Origin: Desulfobacterales bacterium
GTDB lineage: Bacteria > Desulfobacterota > Desulfobacteria > Desulfobacterales > JAFDDL01
Direction of reading: 5' to 3'
Assembly: GCA_963678885.2 (NCBI GenBank)
Contig: CAXXFG010000005.1
Coordinates: forward strand, 211,512 to 275,511
DNA: 64,000 nucleotides
Under the pieces are notes generated by a model. The model did not search any database, was not told where the DNA came from, and worked only from the letters and a program-made list of their open reading frames with translations. Positions 48,264 to 57,973 of this stretch are shown piece by piece. Each line of letters starts with the position of its first letter. Positions within the stretch are counted from its first letter, which is position 1. The position numbers and the translations under genes were made by a program.

Positions 48264-50063
48264 TCAGTAATAATACCAGATCGTGCGGTAATCCGACAAA
48301 TTTTCACCGGCGGCCTTGAGCCGTTGCAGGTAGCCGTGAATGGACACGTCCGTGTACACATAGGTGTCCACAAGGGAAAGTTTCTTTTCCCACGGGTGGA
48401 ACTCGTAAACGCGTCTGCCGTTGGGAAGGACGGAGATGACGTCGTGATGTTGTTCCGCGCGCAGGTAATTCTTACCCAACCCCGGAACATTGAAAACGAT
48501 TTCGTCTGTCCGGACGGAACCGGGCTGCAGGCGGGCTTCTTCCTGTTGTTCCTGCAGCAGCCTTGCGATGGGCACCCGGTAGTCGTCTGTTTCTTCCTTG
48601 CCTTTTGTGTTGAAGGTGTAATAGGGCGTGACGCCGATCATGCGCAGGTTGTGGCGCAGCGCGGCGGTTTCGAATTTGCGGGAGTTGTAGAAGGTGTAGA
48701 CCAGCTGATTGTAAACGGACATGCCGTAACTTCTGAACTTTTGCACGGCTGCCATTGCCTGGGGGGTGATTTCATAGGGGTGCTCGAAATGGGTTACCAC
48801 CAGAATTTCGCGCTTGCCGGGGTTGTGAAAGTGGTTGATGTCCCGCACCAAAGCGTCGGTGATGCGCTGGGGAAGCGTCACCGGGGTGCGGGTGCCGATG
48901 CGAATGCGCTCGACGTGTCCAATGCGCGACAGGCGGAACAGCAGGTTTTCTAACTTGTTGTTGGACAGTAGCAGGGGGTCGCCGCCTGTTACCAGAACTT
49001 CATTGATTTCGGGCGTGTCCCGGATCCAGTCGATCGCGTTGTTGAGTTTTTCCCGGGACAAAACAGCTGTCTGAGAATAGACATCCTCAATCTGCCAGTT
49101 GCGCTGGCAGTAGACGCAGATCTGGGGGCAGGTGAGCACGGGCTTGAGAATGACGATTTTTGGATATCTGCGCGTGATGCCCTCCACCGGGGAGGTGTTG
49201 CGCTCCAGCATGAAGTCCAATAAGCTTGCTTCCTCCCGTTTTTGGGACGCCACGGTTTTTACATAATGCATGGAGGGAATGACCTGGGCACGGACGGCGG
49301 TATCCCGTCCCTGGCCGGCCGGACTGTCCATCAGAGACGCGTAGTAGGGGGTGACGCCGAAGGGGATGCCGTGGGCCTTGGCCTGCTGAATTGCTTCGTA
49401 TTCTTCACTTGTCAAATCCACCACGGCGGCCAAGGTGTCCGCGTCACGGATGATGTGCCGGGTGTGCCAGGTCCATTTTTCCCATTCGAGATCGGTGGCG
49501 CCGAAATGCTTCATGATTCTTGTCTTGGTTTCACTGCGGCGTCGCACCACCTCGTTGTCGAGGCCGCAGGTGTAGCGGTCCATGAACTTCTGGGAAGTTC
49601 TCGCCATGCGGGAAAGATCGATGCTCCTCAATTTCGCTGCCCGCGGGCCTTCATGTTTCAGGTAAGCGGGGATGGTGTCTGAATAGACACCTGTTTGGCC
49701 GGTGATGCCTTTCAGTAGGTGTTCGAGTTCGGCCAAAAAATCCGGACTGGGGAGCGGTAGCCCCTTCTTGTCGGGATGGTGCAGCATGTCGTCCAGATAG
49801 CCGATGAAGCTGAAATCCACGAGCCGCTCATTCCGGTTGGAAAGAACATTCCTGAAGACCGTGATCGCTTTGCGCGTGAGTACCCATTCGAGCGGGGGGA
49901 TGGTCGGATCGTCGTCAAAGGTGGCGATCAGCATGTGGGATAGAAAATTGCGGATGTTTTTCCGCTTTGCTTCCAACGGATCCTCTGACAGCAGGATCTG
50001 TTTCAGCTCGGGAGCCAGGTTGAGTATCTTGAGAATTTTTTGCCTTGTTTTTTCGCAGATCAT
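48264..50063 (-). CDS. Long-form KamA-family radical SAM/PLP aminomutase
   Basis: TPYYASL, ITRRYP, CPQICVYC, TGGDPL, RIGTRTPV, PLP-Lys loop PGLGK; RBS AGGAGG; N-terminal extension. Confidence 0.92.
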   Translation of the reverse strand: MICEKTRQKILKILNLAPELKQILLSEDPLEAKRKNIRNFLSHMLIATFDDDPTIPPLEWVLTRKAITVFRNVLSNRNERLVDFSFIGYLDDMLHHPDKKGLPLPSPDFLAELEHLLKGITGQTGVYSDTIPAYLKHEGPRAAKLRSIDLSRMARTSQKFMDRYTCGLDNEVVRRRSETKTRIMKHFGATDLEWEKWTWHTRHIIRDADTLAAVVDLTSEEYEAIQQAKAHGIPFGVTPYYASLMDSPAGQGRDTAVRAQVIPSMHYVKTVASQKREEASLLDFMLERNTSPVEGITRRYPKIVILKPVLTCPQICVYCQRNWQIEDVYSQTAVLSREKLNNAIDWIRDTPEINEVLVTGGDPLLLSNNKLENLLFRLSRIGHVERIRIGTRTPVTLPQRITDALVRDINHFHNPGKREILVVTHFEHPYEITPQAMAAVQKFRSYGMSVYNQLVYTFYNSRKFETAALRHNLRMIGVTPYYTFNTKGKEETDDYRVPIARLLQEQQEEARLQPGSVRTDEIVFNVPGLGKNYLRAEQHHDVISVLPNGRRVYEFHPWEKKLSLVDTYVYTDVSIHGYLQRLKAAGENLSDYRTIWYYY

Positions 50064-51042
50064 AGTGCCTCCTGTTCGTCAAGAAACCTTGTCGTGCCAA
50101 AGCAATAGAAGGCCCGCCGGCATGGAAAAACATTCCCGGAGGGGGGGTAAATGATCATGCCGGGGAAATGGTGGCGGCGGCAACGGGATTTCTCGACAAT
50201 TGTTGAACCAAAATTATATACATGGTTTTCATTAAAGAATCAAACCGTGCTTTCTTGCGATGCCCGTTCATTTTCCGGCGGTGGTCCCGCCATGCGGGTC
50301 GGGGGGATGCGTTTGGGCTTGGGATATGGGCGGGGCGCAGGGCAATCGCAAGCAGGTTTCAGATTGATTTTGTAACCGTAGCGACATGTGTGGTGGGAAG
50401 TCATGGGCTTCATGTGGAGAACCACTCGCTGTTCGGAGCGCCTGAAAGTGTTTTTCGAGAAATCAGCGCCCTGTGTGAATTTGAAAACCCATCGGAAGTA
50501 CAGCTGATGATGTGAACGGATTGCATGTGGAAGGGGTGCAAAAGAAGCGTTGTTTTCGCCTCCCGGGGCGAGACTTTCCCCCGGCTTGGTCGCTCTTGCG
50601 GGTAGGTGAACGAAAAGAAAAACAGCGCTGGGAAGGCCAAGATCCTGTCGTGAAAGATGCGTGCCGGATGCATGGCCCCGCCGCAGATGTCTATTTGGAA
50701 GCTGTTGTCCGCGAAGTTCGATCCGCCTTTTGAAGGATTGTCGGTCCGGCGCAGCGGGGGCCTTCCCCTCTCCTGTCCGGTGGTGACCGCTTGAAGCGCC
50801 CGGCAGGATTGTACGACAGGCACCGGACGCCGGCAGGTATGTTATCGCACGCCGCCCCATCGGCAAGTTCCGTACCATGACGACATGCAATCGCCTTGGG
50901 GTGGCGGCGGAAACCAGGTGCTTCTCCATCGAACGGCCGCTTCGGGGGCGCGGGAGAAAAGCATGCACGGGATTCTGTCGGAAGCAATTCGGTAACACGT
51001 TTGAACTAAAAGATTTTTTCCTCCTCCAGCCGATGGAAGTTG

Positions 51043-51070
51043 TTGACTTTTAAAAATGGGGATATATAAT
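51043..51070 (+). promoter_or_regulatory. Strong sigma-70 promoter
   Basis: TTGACT-N16-TATAAT, followed by RBS AGGAGG before ATG 51116. Confidence 0.75.
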
Positions 51071-51115
51071 TGGTTTAACTTGGGGCATTTTATTTAAAAA
51101 CAGGAGGGATACGAA

Positions 51116-51562
51116 ATGAAGAAATTGCAAGCGCAACTGAAGACAGTTGCAAAGACACTTGCGACGTTGATGCAGAAAGTGGAAAGCGTGGCCCAGCAGT
51201 TAGAGGAGGGAAAAGCGGTTCCGGCCAAAGCCAAACCGGCCAAAGCAAAAGCGAAGACGGCCAAGGCCAAACCGGCCAAAGCCAAGCCCGCAAAAGCCAA
51301 AACCGCCAAGGCGAAAACCGTAAAGACGCCTGCCGCCGCCGTGAAGAAGCCTGCCGCCAAGGCGGATGCCGCCGCCGGTCAGGGGGCCACCGTGTTGGAT
51401 TCGGTGTACGACGTGATCAAGAAGGCAAAGAACGGCGCCAACATTGACACCCTCAAAAAGAGAACAGCCCTTCAGCCGCGGCAACTGAGCAATGCGCTGT
51501 ACAAGCTGACGAAAAAGGGACTTGTCGAAGCGCGTTCACGCGGCGTTTATTTCAAGAAGTAG
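51116..51562 (+). CDS. Basic histone H1-like protein: coiled coil + PAKAK repeats + winged helix
   Basis: Heptad N-terminus, Lys/Ala/Pro repeat linker, C-terminal wHTH (VYDVIKK...IDTLKKRT.LQPRQLSNALYKL.KKGLVEARSRGVY). Confidence 0.85.
   Translation: MKKLQAQLKTVAKTLATLMQKVESVAQQLEEGKAVPAKAKPAKAKAKTAKAKPAKAKPAKAKTAKAKTVKTPAAAVKKPAAKADAAAGQGATVLDSVYDVIKKAKNGANIDTLKKRTALQPRQLSNALYKLTKKGLVEARSRGVYFKK
51221..51319 (+). repeat. Degenerate 15-bp coding tandem repeat, (P/T)AKAK
   Basis: About six imperfect copies of CCGGCCAAAGCCAAA. Confidence 0.85.
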
Positions 51563-51697
51563 CGCTTCCGGATCGCCGATTTCGATCCGGAAGCGGGTTT
51601 CTCCGTTCGGGAAGCGCCCCAACAAGAATACAATGGCAATTGTGTTTCAAGCCTTCAGCCTGTCGTCCTTCTGGGACTTCGGGCTGAAGGCTTTTTT
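51563..51697 (+). terminator. Double hairpin / intrinsic terminator after the histone-like gene
   Basis: Perfect 13-bp stem CGCTTCCGGATCG/CGATCCGGAAGCG (51563-51595); AAGCCTTCAGCC...GGCTGAAGGCTT plus T-run (51649-51697). Confidence 0.8.
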
Positions 51698-51801
51698 ATC
51701 CCCATTGCCAAGGATCGAAAGCTGTTTTAGTGTAGACGTGGATGGCGGGCGCAAACCGTTGCGTTTTTCGCACCCGAATAAAACGAATATGGAGTTTAGC
51801 C

Positions 51802-54720
51802 ATGGTGTCAACCAAAAGCGCTATGCGACCCAAAGGGCTTTTTCGAAAAAATGCCGTCGGGAGATTTGCCGCGACGCTGGTATGGGTTCTTGCTTTTCTT
51901 TTTTTGCCGATGGCGGGCCCGTGGGCGTCCGGTTTGCCGGACGCACCTGTTGCCGCTGCGGCAAAGGAGAACGGGGCCGTAAAACTACTGCCGGATCCGG
52001 CGGTACGGTTCGGGCGGTTGCCAAACGGGATCGGTTATGCGCTGATGCAAAACACGGAGCCAAAGGAACGGGTCAGCATGCATTTGGTGGTGCAGGCCGG
52101 TTCGTTTCATGAGCGGCCGGAAGAGAGGGGGCTGGCGCATTTTCTCGAGCACATGATGTTCAATGGATCGGTGCATTTTCCTCCGGGGGAACTGGTGCGG
52201 TATTTTCAGCGCATCGGGATGCAGTTCGGGCCGGATGCCAATGCCCGCACAGGGTTTATGGAGACGGTATATGATGTTCTTCTGCCCGATGGAAAGCGGG
52301 AAGATCTGGCGGGCGGTCTTTTGGTGCTCAAGGATTATGCCAGGGGGGCTCTGTTGCTGCCCGAGGAGATCGAACGGGAGCGTGGCGTCATTCTATCCGA
52401 AAAGCGCAGCAGGGATTCGGCGGATTATCGCACCTTTGTTTCCACTTTGAAGTTCGCGTTTCCGGAGGCACGGTTTTCCGGGCGTCTGCCCATCGGGACG
52501 GAAGAGGTGATCCGGGCTGCAGACCGTGAGGTGATGAAGGGCTTTTATGACGCATGGTACCGGCCCGAAAAGATGTTTCTGGTGTTGGTGGGCACGTTTG
52601 ACATGTCCGTGGCAACGGAGCTGATCGGGGAAATGTTTGGGGGTGTTTCCGCCGCTGCTCCGCCCCGGCCCGAACCGGATTTCGGAACTGTTTCCCATCA
52701 GGGCGTCAAGACGTTCTATCATTACGAGGCCGAGGCGGGCCTCACCTCGGTAAGCCTGGAGGTTGCCCGAAAGGTCGACAGGCAGCCTGATTCGGTGGCG
52801 CTCCGACGTGAAAATCTTCTGCTGGACATGGCCAACCGGATCGTGCAGCACCGTCTCGATGCGATGGTCGGTGACGCTTCGGCCCCGTTCACCGATGCCT
52901 CCGCCGCCGGTGGGTGGTTCCTGGAAAAAATCCGTTACGCCGAACTCAGGGCGGACTGCAATGCAGAAAACTGGGAAAAGACCCTTTGCACCCTGGAAAA
53001 AGTTCTCCGGAGTGTATTGGCCCATGGTGTGACGGAGTTGGAGGTGGCGCGGGTGAAGAAGGAAATTCTTTCCGAGTTGCAAAGCGCCGTGGAACAAGCC
53101 CCGACGCGTCATAGCGACGCTCTGGCCCGGGAGATTATCCGGCATGTCAACCGCGAGCGGATTTTTCTATCCCCGTCTGCGGAGCAGCGGCTGCTTGCCC
53201 CCATGGTTCAAACGGCCTCCGTCCAACAGATCCATGGGGCGCTGAAGCGCGCGTGGGGGGAAGACCACCGCTTGGTGTTGGTGACGGGCGATGTCGATTT
53301 GTCTTCGCAAAAATCTGCACCGCAAGACAGAATCAGGGCCGTGTTTGAGAAAAGCCGCCTCCAAGCGCTGCCACCCCTTTCCGAGAAGGCGGCGTTTTCC
53401 TTTCCATACCTTCCGGTGCCAACGCCTGGCGGTATCGACAAGAAGAGGGAAGTGGCCGATCTGGGCATTTTTCAGGTGGATTTCGAGAACAATGTCCGCC
53501 TGAACATCAAACGTACCTTGTTTGAGGCGGGCAAAATCCGGGTGAATGTCGCCTTCGGTGCCGGTCGCAGTGCGGAACCGGTGGAGACACCCGGGCTTTC
53601 CCTGTTTGCCGCGGAGGTGGCGGATGAAAGCGGGTTGGGGCAGTGGACGAAGACCGCGTTGGACGGCGCTTTGGCCGGCACCGATGTGGACAGCCGGTTG
53701 GATGTGGAAGAGGACCAGTTTTTGCTGCGCGGTGCGGGGTCGGCGCGGGAGGCCACGCTGCTGTTTCAGCTTCTTCATGCCCGGTTGGTGGATCCCGGCT
53801 TCCGGAAGGAGGCTGCAGAACTTGTTTGCGCGCGCTACCGGCAGCGTTACCAAGCCCTTTCCCGGGACATTGACGGTGCCATGGCGCTTTTCGGCCGCCA
53901 ATTTCTCGCCGGGGGTGATCATCGCTTCGGCATGCCCACTCCCGGGGCAATGGAAGCATATACGCTCGCTCAGGCCCGTCGGTTCCTCATGACGCCTTTT
54001 TCCAAAGGTCCTATCGAGGTAAGCGTGGTGGGAGACATCGAACCGGCCGAGGTCGTTCGGCTGGCGGCGCTCTATTTTGGCTCCCTGCCGCCGGTAAAGG
54101 CCTGTGCGCCCCTTCCTCCGGCAAAACCCCCCGTTGCATTCCCTGCGGGCCGGGCGGTGGAACTCCCCGTGGACACGAAGATTCCCAAGGGGCTCGTGGT
54201 GGTGGCCTTCGGAACCGATGACTTTTGGAATATCGGCCGGACACGCCGGTTGTCGGTGCTGGCGGATATTTTTTCCGAGTTGTTGCGGGAGAAAATTCGT
54301 GAACAGTTGGGGGCGTCCTATTCGCCTTTTGCTTACAACCGGTCCAGTCGTGCGTATCCGGGATACGGGGTTTTTGAGGCGGACATTTACGTATCGCCCG
54401 TCCAGGCGGCCCTGGTGACCGATGCCGTGAAGGATATTGCCGGCCGGCTGGCGGCGGCGCCGGTGGCGCCGAACCTTCTGGCGCGCTGCCTGGAGCCGAT
54501 GCTGACAAGCATCAAGGACTACCGGCGCACCAACGGGTACTGGCTCGACCGGGTACTGACCGGATCTTGCCGGCATCCCCGGCAATTGGCGTGGAGCCGT
54601 AGTTTCGCCGAGGACTACGCTGCGGTGACGGCGGAGGAGTTGCATGCGCTGGCCGCCGCCTATTTGCGGGCGGACCGGGCGGCGGTTCTCACCATCGTGC
54701 CCGGATCGGCTGCAAAATGA
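51802..54720 (+). CDS. M16 family zinc peptidase (PqqL-like, exported)
   Basis: GLAHFLEHMMFNGS (HxxEH), NARTGFMETVY, ERERGVILSE, second lobe REQLGASYSP; signal peptide. Confidence 0.93.
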   Translation: MVSTKSAMRPKGLFRKNAVGRFAATLVWVLAFLFLPMAGPWASGLPDAPVAAAAKENGAVKLLPDPAVRFGRLPNGIGYALMQNTEPKERVSMHLVVQAGSFHERPEERGLAHFLEHMMFNGSVHFPPGELVRYFQRIGMQFGPDANARTGFMETVYDVLLPDGKREDLAGGLLVLKDYARGALLLPEEIERERGVILSEKRSRDSADYRTFVSTLKFAFPEARFSGRLPIGTEEVIRAADREVMKGFYDAWYRPEKMFLVLVGTFDMSVATELIGEMFGGVSAAAPPRPEPDFGTVSHQGVKTFYHYEAEAGLTSVSLEVARKVDRQPDSVALRRENLLLDMANRIVQHRLDAMVGDASAPFTDASAAGGWFLEKIRYAELRADCNAENWEKTLCTLEKVLRSVLAHGVTELEVARVKKEILSELQSAVEQAPTRHSDALAREIIRHVNRERIFLSPSAEQRLLAPMVQTASVQQIHGALKRAWGEDHRLVLVTGDVDLSSQKSAPQDRIRAVFEKSRLQALPPLSEKAAFSFPYLPVPTPGGIDKKREVADLGIFQVDFENNVRLNIKRTLFEAGKIRVNVAFGAGRSAEPVETPGLSLFAAEVADESGLGQWTKTALDGALAGTDVDSRLDVEEDQFLLRGAGSAREATLLFQLLHARLVDPGFRKEAAELVCARYRQRYQALSRDIDGAMALFGRQFLAGGDHRFGMPTPGAMEAYTLAQARRFLMTPFSKGPIEVSVVGDIEPAEVVRLAALYFGSLPPVKACAPLPPAKPPVAFPAGRAVELPVDTKIPKGLVVVAFGTDDFWNIGRTRRLSVLADIFSELLREKIREQLGASYSPFAYNRSSRAYPGYGVFEADIYVSPVQAALVTDAVKDIAGRLAAAPVAPNLLARCLEPMLTSIKDYRRTNGYWLDRVLTGSCRHPRQLAWSRSFAEDYAAVTAEELHALAAAYLRADRAAVLTIVPGSAAK

Positions 54721-54776
54721 TTGCATCTGCAGGAGCGCTTTGATAATGGTCATATTTTTCGACTGACAATGAAGGA

Positions 54777-55880
54777 ATGTTCATGAATCAGGATACCACC
54801 GGCCGTCGTTGGTTGGACGCGCTCTGGGCATTTTGCACGTCGGTCCGCCTGACCGTGGTGCTGCTGCTTTCGTTGGCGGTGTCATCTGTGTTCGGCACCC
54901 TGATCCCCCAGAACCTCGATCCTGCACTGTATGTCCGGCAATTCGGTCTTCCCCTCTACAGGATATTCGTCGTTCTCGATCTTGTGGACATGTACCATGC
55001 CGGCTGGTTCCGATTTCTGCTGTGCCTGCTGGCGGTAAACGTGGTGGCTTGCTCCCTTGATCGGCTTCCGGGGACGTTGCGGATATTGTCGGGGCGTACG
55101 GCGGTGAAGGAGATCGGGCGACGCCGGCCCCGTCGTGGAGAGCAGACCTTTTCCAGCGCACTTTCGGTGACGGACCTGTGCGAGCGGTTTTTGCCGGTGG
55201 TGAAAAAGCGTTTCGGCGCCCCCACGACAACGACAACACCCCAGGCAATGATGCTGGTGGCCGAACGGGGGCGGTGGACCCGGATCGGTTTCTATCTGGT
55301 GCACCTGAGCATCGTGCTGTTGCTGATGGGCGGGTTGATGGGTTCCCTGTTCGGTTTCGACGGATCGGTCCAGATTCCGGAAGGCGAAACGGCGCACATG
55401 GTTCGATTGAGCAATGGCGGAATGGTGGATCTTGGTTTCGCCGTCCGTTGCGACGATTTTTCAGTGACGTTTTATGCGGGCGGCCGGCCCAAGGAATTCC
55501 GTTCCCGTCTGACCATCCTGGAAAACGGGCAAGCGGTCCTTTCCCGGGATATCGTCGTCAACGATCCCCTCCGCTACCGGGGTGTCAACATCTTTCAGTC
55601 CAGTTACGGCATGCTGGGGCCGGATCGTTACTATACCGGGCTGCAGGTGACCAGAGACCCGGGGGTCTGGGTGGTATATCTCGGGTTCGGATTCCTGATC
55701 GCCGGTTGTTATGTGACTTTTTTTACATCCCACCAACGGTTGGTGGTGGAAATTGTTCCCCAGGCATCCGAAAGCCTGGTGCGGGTGTCGGGCTCGGCCA
55801 ACAAGAACCGGACCGGCATGCAATTGCGTGTACAGCAGATGGCGGATGCGCTGTCCGCCTCCTGCAGATCGCGAACCTGA
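54777..55880 (+). CDS. resB: System II cytochrome c biogenesis protein ResB/Ccs1
   Basis: GTLIPQ, DMYHAGWF, HLSIVLLLMG, VNDPLRYRG..IFQSSYG, YTGLQVTRDPG. Confidence 0.9.
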   Translation: MFMNQDTTGRRWLDALWAFCTSVRLTVVLLLSLAVSSVFGTLIPQNLDPALYVRQFGLPLYRIFVVLDLVDMYHAGWFRFLLCLLAVNVVACSLDRLPGTLRILSGRTAVKEIGRRRPRRGEQTFSSALSVTDLCERFLPVVKKRFGAPTTTTTPQAMMLVAERGRWTRIGFYLVHLSIVLLLMGGLMGSLFGFDGSVQIPEGETAHMVRLSNGGMVDLGFAVRCDDFSVTFYAGGRPKEFRSRLTILENGQAVLSRDIVVNDPLRYRGVNIFQSSYGMLGPDRYYTGLQVTRDPGVWVVYLGFGFLIAGCYVTFFTSHQRLVVEIVPQASESLVRVSGSANKNRTGMQLRVQQMADALSASCRSRT

Positions 55881-55939
55881 TGACTTCCGGGCGGTTCTGA
55901 AATCTTGACCCGCCCGGTATTGCCGGTGTTGAGGAGCAT

Positions 55940-56788
55940 ATGAACAGTTCGCTGATGTTGGCCATCACCACATTGTTGTTTGGTGCCGCCGCCGTGGGAT
56001 ACCTGGCGGCGTGGATTTTCAGGAAGGACGCACTGGGCAGGATTTCCTCCGGGGCATTGTCGCTGGGGGTGGTGGCCAGTACCGGCGGCATCGTTCTGCG
56101 ATGGATTGAGTCCTACCAAATCGGATACGGTCACGCGCCCCTTTCCAACCTTTACGAATCCTTGGTTTTTTTCGCCTGGTCCATCGCCGTGTTATACCTC
56201 GTCGTGGAATGGCGCACCCGAAACCGGGTGATCGGCGCTTTCGTGGCGCCCATTGCCTTGCTCGCCATGGCTTATGCATCCCTGTCCCCCAACATCAGCG
56301 ACCGCATTCAGCCACTGATCCCCGCCCTGAAGAGCAACTGGCTGATTGCCCACGTGGTATCCTGCTTTATCGGATACGCCGCTTTCGCCATCGCCTTCGG
56401 CCTGGGGATCATGTACCTGCTCAAGGGAAAAGGAAAAGATGTGCGGCGACCCCATTCCTTTCTTGCCCGCCTGCCGTCGCCGGACAGCCTGGACGACACC
56501 ATTTTGCAGATGGTGAAATTCGGTTTTTTGTTTTTAACCATTGGCATCATCACCGGCGCGGTTTGGGCCAATTCCGCCTGGGGGCGCTATTGGGGGTGGG
56601 ATCCCAAGGAAACCTGGTCCCTGATCACATGGCTGGTCTATGCGGCCATGCTCCACCTGAGGGTTTTTCTCAGCTGGCGGGGCAAAATGTTTGCCTGCTT
56701 TGCCATCCTCGGGTTCATGGCGGTGCTGTTTACCTATTTCGGCGTCAATCTGCTGCCGGGACTGCACAGCTACGGCAGCATGGAGTGA
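55940..56788 (+). CDS. ccsA: System II cytochrome c biogenesis protein CcsA/ResC
   Basis: HAPLSNLYES, PALKSNWLIAHV, WWD motif WANSAWGRYWGWDPKETW, GLHSY. Confidence 0.95.
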   Translation: MNSSLMLAITTLLFGAAAVGYLAAWIFRKDALGRISSGALSLGVVASTGGIVLRWIESYQIGYGHAPLSNLYESLVFFAWSIAVLYLVVEWRTRNRVIGAFVAPIALLAMAYASLSPNISDRIQPLIPALKSNWLIAHVVSCFIGYAAFAIAFGLGIMYLLKGKGKDVRRPHSFLARLPSPDSLDDTILQMVKFGFLFLTIGIITGAVWANSAWGRYWGWDPKETWSLITWLVYAAMLHLRVFLSWRGKMFACFAILGFMAVLFTYFGVNLLPGLHSYGSME

Positions 56789-57202
56789 ACCCGGGGCGAC
56801 CCCAAGTAGGTGCCACACGTATCTCAAAGAAATGATTCCATGCACGGACAAGATGCGCAGCGGTGAACAAGCGGAGGACATGGGAAACAGGGGCGCCGCC
56901 TTTCGGAGGATTGCCGGTTCGGTTCGGCGGGCTCTTTGCGCTGCCTTGTCCAGTGCTGACCACATATAATGCCCAGCAGGATTGAACGGTGGACATTGTA
57001 GTCCGCAACCACCCACGCCGTAAATTCTGTATTCGGATGCCATACCGTCACCCTGGGGACAAACGGGTTTTTTCTTGACAAAAGAACCGCTTGAATATAC
57101 GGATAGTCCTTCTGATGCTAACAGGTAAAAGATGTCGGCATTCTAGCGGTGGGGGTGCATTTCGGGGTCCTGAAAATTGTTAACACGGAAAACGGAGTTC
57201 CC

Positions 57203-57901
57203 ATGAGCACGAAAGACGGCAAGGTGCTGGAGACGTCATCAGATGCAGTCGATCGGGAAAGCAACGGCGATTCCAGGTCCGGTGGCAATGGGGGAGGGGG
57301 ATGGATCCTCCTCTTTTTTGTTTTAGGGCTGGTGGCCAGTCTGGTCATCGGCTGGGGTGTTTTCCCCATGCTTCTCTACTCAAAAAAAGAGCAGCCCATC
57401 GCCTTTAACCATCGGATGCATGTACAAGAGGTGGACAACGGCTGCCAAAGTTGCCACTACCTGCGTGCCGACGGTACTTTTTCCGGCATTCCCACCCTCG
57501 CCGACTGCATGACCTGCCACGAAGAGCCCATTGGAGAGTCGGAACAGGAAGCCCTGCTCATGGAGCAGTATGTGTACAAGGGCAGAGAAATTCCCTGGCT
57601 TGTCTATGCCCGGCAGCCCGATTGCGTTTTTTTCAGCCATGCGGCCCATCTTCGCATGGCGCGGCTGGATTGCCAAACCTGCCACGGCGATATCGGCGAA
57701 TCCACCCACCCCAGAGCTTACCAGGAAAACCGAATTACCGGCGTCAGCCGGGATGTTTGGGGTCACAACATCGCCGGATTCAAGAAGAATACCTGGGATC
57801 GCATGAAAATGGACGACTGTACGGACTGCCACGACCGGATGACCGGTCGCAGAACCAGCGTGCAGACCGGCCACGACGCATGCTTCGTGTGCCATAAATA
57901 G
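57203..57901 (+). CDS. qrcA: Quinone reductase complex multiheme cytochrome c subunit
   Basis: N-terminal TM anchor; five CxxCH (CQSCH, CMTCH, CQTCH, CTDCH, CFVCH); QPDCVFFSHAAH, RMKMDDC. Confidence 0.9.
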   Translation: MSTKDGKVLETSSDAVDRESNGDSRSGGNGGGGWILLFFVLGLVASLVIGWGVFPMLLYSKKEQPIAFNHRMHVQEVDNGCQSCHYLRADGTFSGIPTLADCMTCHEEPIGESEQEALLMEQYVYKGREIPWLVYARQPDCVFFSHAAHLRMARLDCQTCHGDIGESTHPRAYQENRITGVSRDVWGHNIAGFKKNTWDRMKMDDCTDCHDRMTGRRTSVQTGHDACFVCHK

Positions 57902-57973
57902 GCATGCGGCAGGCGGCGTTCTGTTGCAGCGGGTTGCTGAAACACGTTTTTCAGGTTTGAGGGGTACCACACC

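Noticed and set aside
51221-51319. Tandem repeats as a CRISPR array or ncRNA
   Set aside because: In-frame 15-bp coding repeats with synonymous variation, no spacers and no cas genes.
56880-56969. 29-codon ORF with GGAGGAC RBS between ccsA and qrcA
   Set aside because: No recognisable features in the peptide; cannot be told apart from chance without conservation data.
57168-57187. Rex operator upstream of qrcA
   Set aside because: TCCTGAAAATTGTTAACAC has the wrong spacing and several mismatches to TTGTGAA-N4-TTCACAA.
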